From NCBI GenBank assembly GCA_001792345.1, contig MGGJ01000012.1:6091-70090 (forward strand): a DNA stretch of 64,000 nt, written 5' to 3'. A program made the translations under genes and the position numbers. The DNA comes from Candidatus Woesebacteria bacterium RIFCSPHIGHO2_01_FULL_39_32 (GTDB taxonomy: Bacteria; Patescibacteriota; Microgenomatia; UBA8517). Position 1 is the stretch's first letter, and the number at the start of each line of letters is the position of its first letter. The notes beneath the pieces were generated by a model that worked only from the letters and a program-made list of their open reading frames with translations, had not been told where the DNA came from and made no database searches. Positions 56,678-64,000 of the stretch are shown here, piece by piece.

Positions 56678-58417
56678 ATGTTCAACCTGCCCTTTCTTGG
56701 CAAAAAGAAAAATACAATTAAACCAACGGTCCTTGTGGTTTTGGATGGGTTTGGTATTGCACCTCCTTCCGCGGGAAATGCAATTACACTTGCAAAAACT
56801 CCCAACTGGGAGAGATTAATCAAAAACTATCCTCATGGTGAATTGATAGCATCAGGCGAATCAGTTGGTTTGCCTGCAAATGAGGTAGGCAACACCGAAG
56901 TAGGCCACTTAACACTTGGTGCAGGACGCGTTATCCTACAGGATCTTAAACGCATTAACGTTGCAATAGAAAAAGGTTCTTTTTTTGAAAACAAAGCGTT
57001 CTTATCTGCAGCGGCTCATGTTAAACAAAATAACTCTAAACTTCACATAATGGGTTTGGCAAGTAGTGGTAATGTTCATTCCTCCTTGGGACACTTGTAT
57101 TCACTTTTACAATTTTGTAAGAAAGAGGAAATTCGGGAGGTTTACCTTCATGTCTTTACTGACGGAAGAGATGCTCCTCCCAAGGAAGCTGTAGAAATTA
57201 TACTAGAGCTCGAACATCATCTGAGCCTTCTTAAATTAGGAAAAATTGCCTCTATATCGGGGCGTTATTATGCTATGGATCGGGATAGACGTTGGGATAG
57301 AACGGCCAGAACCTATAAAGCATTAGTGGAAGGAGCCGCTATACAAACCTTTTCCGCTTCCGACGCAATAAAAGGAGCCTACTTGCGTGGACAAACCGAT
57401 GAGTTTATCGAGCCAACGATTATCGCTGACAAGAGTGGACCCTTGGGTCTTATTAGCGATAAAGATGCAGTTATCTTTTTTAATTATAGAATTGATCGAC
57501 CTAGGCAGCTTACCATGGCATTTACATTGCCTAATTTTGAAAACCTTAAGGCTTTTGATTTTGGCTACAACCCCGAAACAAGTAGAGAGGAAGGTAAAGT
57601 AGAATTTGGTACAACATTCACCAGAGGTAAGGTAGTCCAAAATCTTTTTTTTGTAACTATGACACAATATCACCAAAATATTCCGGTTTCAGCTGTGGCC
57701 TTTGCTCCAGAAACTGTGAATTTGCCTTTAGGTAAAGTTCTTTCGGATTTGGGACTTAAGCAGCTGCATATGGCCGAGAGCGAGAAAGAGCGTTTTGTAA
57801 CTTATTATTTTAATGGTTTGCAGGAAAATGCATTTTCTGGCGAAGAAGAAGCTGTTGTATCTTCTCCCAAAGTTGATACTTACGATAAGAAGCCCGAAAT
57901 GTCTTTGCCTAAATTAGTAAAAGAATTCAGAAAGCGCATCAGACGCGATGCTTTCCATTTTGTTGTTATTAATTTTGCAAATCCGGATATGGTTGCTCAC
58001 ACCGGAAATTTGCAAGCAAGTATACTTGCGATTGAATCAGTTGACAGATATTTAGACGAGCTAGTCCGGGAAGTTTTAGAGGTTGACGGATTCATAGTAA
58101 TTACAGCTGACCACGGAAACGCGGAAGAATTGCTTACATTTCCTACCGCAACCTATTTTTATACTTCTTCAGCCGGAACAGTGAATACAGACCACTCCAA
58201 TAATCCTGTCCCGATCCTTATCGTTGGAAAAAATATGCCAACCAACTTTATTTTAGGAAGAGGTGGTTTAGCAGACGTTTCGCCTACAATTTTGGCATTG
58301 ATGGGAATTGCAAAGCCGGATGAAATGACAGGAAGGAACCTCTTAGAGGGTAAATCACTTGTCCGGCTGTCAGAAACAGAAATACAGAGAACAGATAAAC
58401 CTGTAACTGAAAACTGA
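56678..58417 (+). CDS. gpmI: 2,3-bisphosphoglycerate-independent phosphoglycerate mutase
   Basis: LVVLDGFGIAPPSAGNAI, HVFTDGRDAPP, ITADHGNAEEL: iPGM hallmark blocks. Confidence 0.88.
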   Translation: MFNLPFLGKKKNTIKPTVLVVLDGFGIAPPSAGNAITLAKTPNWERLIKNYPHGELIASGESVGLPANEVGNTEVGHLTLGAGRVILQDLKRINVAIEKGSFFENKAFLSAAAHVKQNNSKLHIMGLASSGNVHSSLGHLYSLLQFCKKEEIREVYLHVFTDGRDAPPKEAVEIILELEHHLSLLKLGKIASISGRYYAMDRDRRWDRTARTYKALVEGAAIQTFSASDAIKGAYLRGQTDEFIEPTIIADKSGPLGLISDKDAVIFFNYRIDRPRQLTMAFTLPNFENLKAFDFGYNPETSREEGKVEFGTTFTRGKVVQNLFFVTMTQYHQNIPVSAVAFAPETVNLPLGKVLSDLGLKQLHMAESEKERFVTYYFNGLQENAFSGEEEAVVSSPKVDTYDKKPEMSLPKLVKEFRKRIRRDAFHFVVINFANPDMVAHTGNLQASILAIESVDRYLDELVREVLEVDGFIVITADHGNAEELLTFPTATYFYTSSAGTVNTDHSNNPVPILIVGKNMPTNFILGRGGLADVSPTILALMGIAKPDEMTGRNLLEGKSLVRLSETEIQRTDKPVTEN

Positions 58418-58446
58418 ACACAGAAAACGGATAACTGAAAATTACT

Positions 58447-59139
58447 ATGATTATAGAGCAAACAAGTTTTTACATAATTATCTTAATAGCAATTGCTCTA
58501 ATTATTCTTCTAATTGGAGTAGTTTTAGCCTACCTTCGTATGGTTGGGAAATATCTTGATTTGAAAGAGGTTGGAACTGAAGGTGTTGATCCCCAAACTA
58601 TCATACGTCAGGCTCAAGAAAAAGCACAAAGAATTCTGGAGAATGCGCAGTATGATGCAAGAGAAACTATCTCAAAAGCCGGAAACTTCCTTGATATTAA
58701 TCAGAATTTGGTAGCAAAAGAGCTGCAAAGAGCGAGCCAAATCTATGCAAAAAAATATGAGCAAATTTTACTTGTAACTCAAGATAACATAATCAAAACG
58801 ATACAAACTATACCAGAAGATTCAAAGAAAGTCTTACTTTCTGAGATTAGTGCAATTCGGACGTTACTTTCTGGACAGGTTCAAAAAGCCGCTGATGAAG
58901 CCAAGAATCTGGTTACCGATGCTTATAAAAAGGCTGAGATGGAAGTTGAAAATTATAAAAACGTAAGAATGCGAGAAATTGATGAGTCGATTGTAATGAT
59001 TCTTAAAGAAGTAGCAAGGAAGGTTCTAGCAAAAGAGATTAGTCAAGAAGAGCACGAAAAGTTGGTTTTAAAGGCCTTAGAAGAAGCAAAAAGACAAGGA
59101 GTGTTTGGCACTAATACTGAGAATAAAAAACAGAACTAA
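58447..59139 (+). CDS. atpF: F-type ATP synthase subunit b-like (N-terminal TM plus long coiled-coil)
   Basis: Single TM IIILIAIALIILLIGVVLAYL followed by ~190 aa of charged helical sequence. It sits directly upstream of the delta subunit. Confidence 0.5.
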   Translation: MIIEQTSFYIIILIAIALIILLIGVVLAYLRMVGKYLDLKEVGTEGVDPQTIIRQAQEKAQRILENAQYDARETISKAGNFLDINQNLVAKELQRASQIYAKKYEQILLVTQDNIIKTIQTIPEDSKKVLLSEISAIRTLLSGQVQKAADEAKNLVTDAYKKAEMEVENYKNVRMREIDESIVMILKEVARKVLAKEISQEEHEKLVLKALEEAKRQGVFGTNTENKKQN

Positions 59140-59228
59140 ATTTCTAATTATTCTAATTGCTCTAATTTCTAACTAAAACCCAAGTACCAATTTCTCAAAA
59201 ATTAGGTTAATTAGATCAATTTATTACC

Positions 59229-59702
59229 ATGTTTGATCAGATTCTATCCAAAATTCGAACAGTAGATGATCAGGAAAAAATCTTAGAAGAGATTGATGTT
59301 TTACTTTCCAGTCTTTATCAAGATAAGGGTCTAGGATTTGAGTCAACTTTGAAAACTTCCGCCCGAGCTTGGTTATATCCGCTTTTACGAGAGGAATTTT
59401 CAAAAGAAGGTGCTAACAGACGAAATTTACTTCTTAATTTGAAGCAAAAAATAGAGGGCCTTTCCAAAGTATATATAACACTTGCGTTTGAACCCTCAGA
59501 AGACGCTTTAAATCGATTTGGTGGCGTTATAAGAACCTCCGTAAGAGAGGATGTAATTATTAGTGTGGCATATGATCCACACCTTATCGGTGGAGTTCAG
59601 ATTATATATAACGGAGAGTTTCGAGACTTCTCATTCAAGAGGATTTTTGAAAAAGAGTTTGAAAATACTCGTGAACAAATATTAAAGTCAATCAAAAACT
59701 AA
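59229..59702 (+). CDS. atpH: F-type ATP synthase subunit delta (OSCP)
   Basis: Operon position between b and alpha. C-terminal GGVIRTSV...DPHLIGGVQIIYNGEFRDFSFKRIF is OSCP-like. Its stop overlaps the atpA start (TAATG). Confidence 0.65.
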   Translation: MFDQILSKIRTVDDQEKILEEIDVLLSSLYQDKGLGFESTLKTSARAWLYPLLREEFSKEGANRRNLLLNLKQKIEGLSKVYITLAFEPSEDALNRFGGVIRTSVREDVIISVAYDPHLIGGVQIIYNGEFRDFSFKRIFEKEFENTREQILKSIKN

Positions 59703-61159
59703 TGAAAGATTTTAACTATTATCTTGATAGTTTAGGAGAAATCGGCTTCGTTGAAGAGCTAATGCATTCACTTATCTATGCATCCGGTCTTCCGCGTGTT
59801 CATCCTGGAGAGTTGGTTCTTTTTGAATCAGGAGATTTAGGACAAGTTTTTTCTCTGACACCTGAGAAAATTGAAGTTTTATTATTGACAAGGGCAAATT
59901 TAAAAGTAGGCAGCAAGCTCGTTAGAACAGATACTAGGATGCAAATCCCAGTTGGAGTCGGTCTTCTTGGGCGGGTTATAGATCCCTTGGGCAATCCACT
60001 TGATGGGGCAAAGCTGACAGATACTGAAGATGTGAGAACTGTTGACATAGCGCCTCCAAAAATTGTCGAAAGAGTTGAAGTTCAAAAGCCTCTTATTACG
60101 GGAGTCACCTTAGTTGATCTGGTTGTTCCTTTAGGATGCGGCCAACGCGAGCTTGTTATAGGTGATAGAAAAACTGGAAAAACAGATTTTTTGCTCCAAA
60201 GTATGGTAACTCAGGCAAAGCTAGGAAGCATTTGCATCTATGCACAGATAGGACAAAAGCAATTTGATATTAAAAAGATGTCTGAATTTTTTGCTGAAAC
60301 GGGTATAAAGAAGAATACAGTTCTTGTTGCTTCCAGCTCATCTGACCCTGCAGGTGTAGTATTTCAGACCCCTTATACGGCGATGACCATTGCAGAATAT
60401 TTTAGAGACAAGGGATTAGATGTGCTACTCATACTTGATGATATGACGACTCATGCCAGAAACTACCGTGAGATTTCACTTTTAGCAAAACGTTTTCCTG
60501 GGCGTGCGTCATATCCTGGAGACATTTTTTATGTTCATGCACGTCTTATTGAACGGGCTGGGAACTTTAAAAAGGGATCTATTACCGCATTACCTGTTGC
60601 GGAGTCAATCTTGGGCGATCTGTCTGGATATATTCAAACAAATTTAATGGCAATGACCGACGGCCATATATTTTTCGATATAGAGCTTTATAACCAAGGA
60701 AAAAGACCTTCCGTGAATCCTTTTTTGTCGGTTACTAGAGTTGGTCATCAAACCCAAACAGATCTTCAAAGGGATCTTTCTCGAGAGCTTTCTAGTTTTT
60801 TGGTTACTTACGAGAAAATGAAGCAATTTATGCATTTCGGTGCTGAAGTAGGAGAGACTGCCAAAAAGATTTTGGCACTTGGAAATAAAGTCGACTCATT
60901 TTTTAACCAAAGTCCTACAGCCTCAATTCCACTTGAAATAAATATGATTATCTTAGGAGGACTCTGGGCGGGAGTTTGGAGTGAGACAAAAGAAGCTGAT
61001 TTACGTCGTCAGATGGAAAGATTGGTTTTGGCTTATAACACTGAAGGCTCATTTAAGAAGCAGGTTGATGATTTGATAACGCAGTCAAAAAGTTTTTCTG
61101 ACCTTGTGAACTTTATAAGACGCAATAACGAGTTTCTGACATCAAAAATCACAGGTTAG
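59702..61159 (+). CDS. atpA: F-type ATP synthase subunit alpha
   Basis: Walker A GDRKTGKT. Alpha-type N-terminal barrel. 485 aa. Confidence 0.9.
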   Translation: MKDFNYYLDSLGEIGFVEELMHSLIYASGLPRVHPGELVLFESGDLGQVFSLTPEKIEVLLLTRANLKVGSKLVRTDTRMQIPVGVGLLGRVIDPLGNPLDGAKLTDTEDVRTVDIAPPKIVERVEVQKPLITGVTLVDLVVPLGCGQRELVIGDRKTGKTDFLLQSMVTQAKLGSICIYAQIGQKQFDIKKMSEFFAETGIKKNTVLVASSSSDPAGVVFQTPYTAMTIAEYFRDKGLDVLLILDDMTTHARNYREISLLAKRFPGRASYPGDIFYVHARLIERAGNFKKGSITALPVAESILGDLSGYIQTNLMAMTDGHIFFDIELYNQGKRPSVNPFLSVTRVGHQTQTDLQRDLSRELSSFLVTYEKMKQFMHFGAEVGETAKKILALGNKVDSFFNQSPTASIPLEINMIILGGLWAGVWSETKEADLRRQMERLVLAYNTEGSFKKQVDDLITQSKSFSDLVNFIRRNNEFLTSKITG

Positions 61160-61178
61160 TTTTTTCTAGACTAAAGGT

Positions 61179-63755
<2,577 letters not shown>

Positions 63756-63960
63756 ATTTTTGCATATATATATAAATATCTTATAAAATTTAAATATAAA
63801 ATAATGTTTTCATAATAAATATTTGCGGTTAATTTATATAATTCCGAGAGCCTACTAGAGAATTTTAATATATAAAAAGTAATTTAAAACAGAAATTTAA
63901 GATTGCAAATTTAACAACTACAGGATATTCTATAGTAAATTCATCAGTCCGCTTGTCTGA

Positions 63961-63986
63961 CTGCTAAGACTTAGCAGCTCTTTTTT
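63961..63986 (+). terminator. Rho-independent terminator candidate (CTGCTA-agact-TAGCAG followed by CTCTTTTTT)
   Basis: Stem-loop followed by a T-run, ~200 nt downstream of atpC, in an otherwise AT-rich non-coding tail. Confidence 0.45.
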
Positions 63987-64000
63987 AATCCGTTTTTTTG

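Noticed and set aside
63756-64000. Possible tRNA or small RNA in the structured 3' tail (CAGTC...GACTG and CTGCTA...TAGCAG stems)
   Set aside because: No cloverleaf could be built. The second stem plus T-run is adequately explained as an intrinsic terminator.

Overview
Low-GC bacterial fragment (+ strand given) whose gene content resembles a reduced-genome, CPR/Patescibacteria-like organism. This attribution is inferred from gene content only. Layout: (i) a 5'-truncated M23 peptidase and tRNA-Ala(CGC); (ii) a ~40 kb cell-envelope glycan/glycoprotein biosynthesis island (about 2.0-42.1 kb). It contains a GDP-sugar activation module (GHMP kinase, mannose-1-P guanylyltransferase-like NTP-transferase, cupin isomerase, Nudix hydrolase). 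It also has four GT4 genes plus a split GT4, GT2 enzymes, four large polytopic GT-C-like membrane proteins, six SAM-methyltransferase domains (three fused to GT2/GT4/CE4 domains), an O-carbamoyltransferase, an SGNH hydrolase, an alkaline-phosphatase-family enzyme, a PAPS-reductase-family PP-loop protein, a flippase-like membrane protein and an O-antigen-ligase/TPR protein. (iii) Two giant minus-strand surface proteins: a 1361-aa LamG-repeat protein and a 2526-aa Gly/Thr/Ser-rich repeat protein whose N-terminus is a cytoplasmic excisionase/MerR-like HTH followed by a TM anchor. They are separated by small four-helix-bundle genes and a 27-bp dispersed repeat. (iv) A partial F1Fo ATP synthase operon (b-like, delta, alpha, gamma, beta, short epsilon) interrupted by gpmI and preceded by a chimeric secreted protein whose C-terminal TM hairpin resembles subunit c but lacks the ion-binding carboxylate. 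The features I consider most unusual are: a 1529-aa fusion of a double-HTH domain, a processive GT2 synthase, an extracellular domain and a C-terminal sorting-signal-like tail, immediately followed by a miniature exosortase-like membrane protein; membrane-tethered HTH domains on surface proteins; and the subunit-c-like chimera. No CRISPR array, rRNA, integrase or transposase catalytic domain was recognised.
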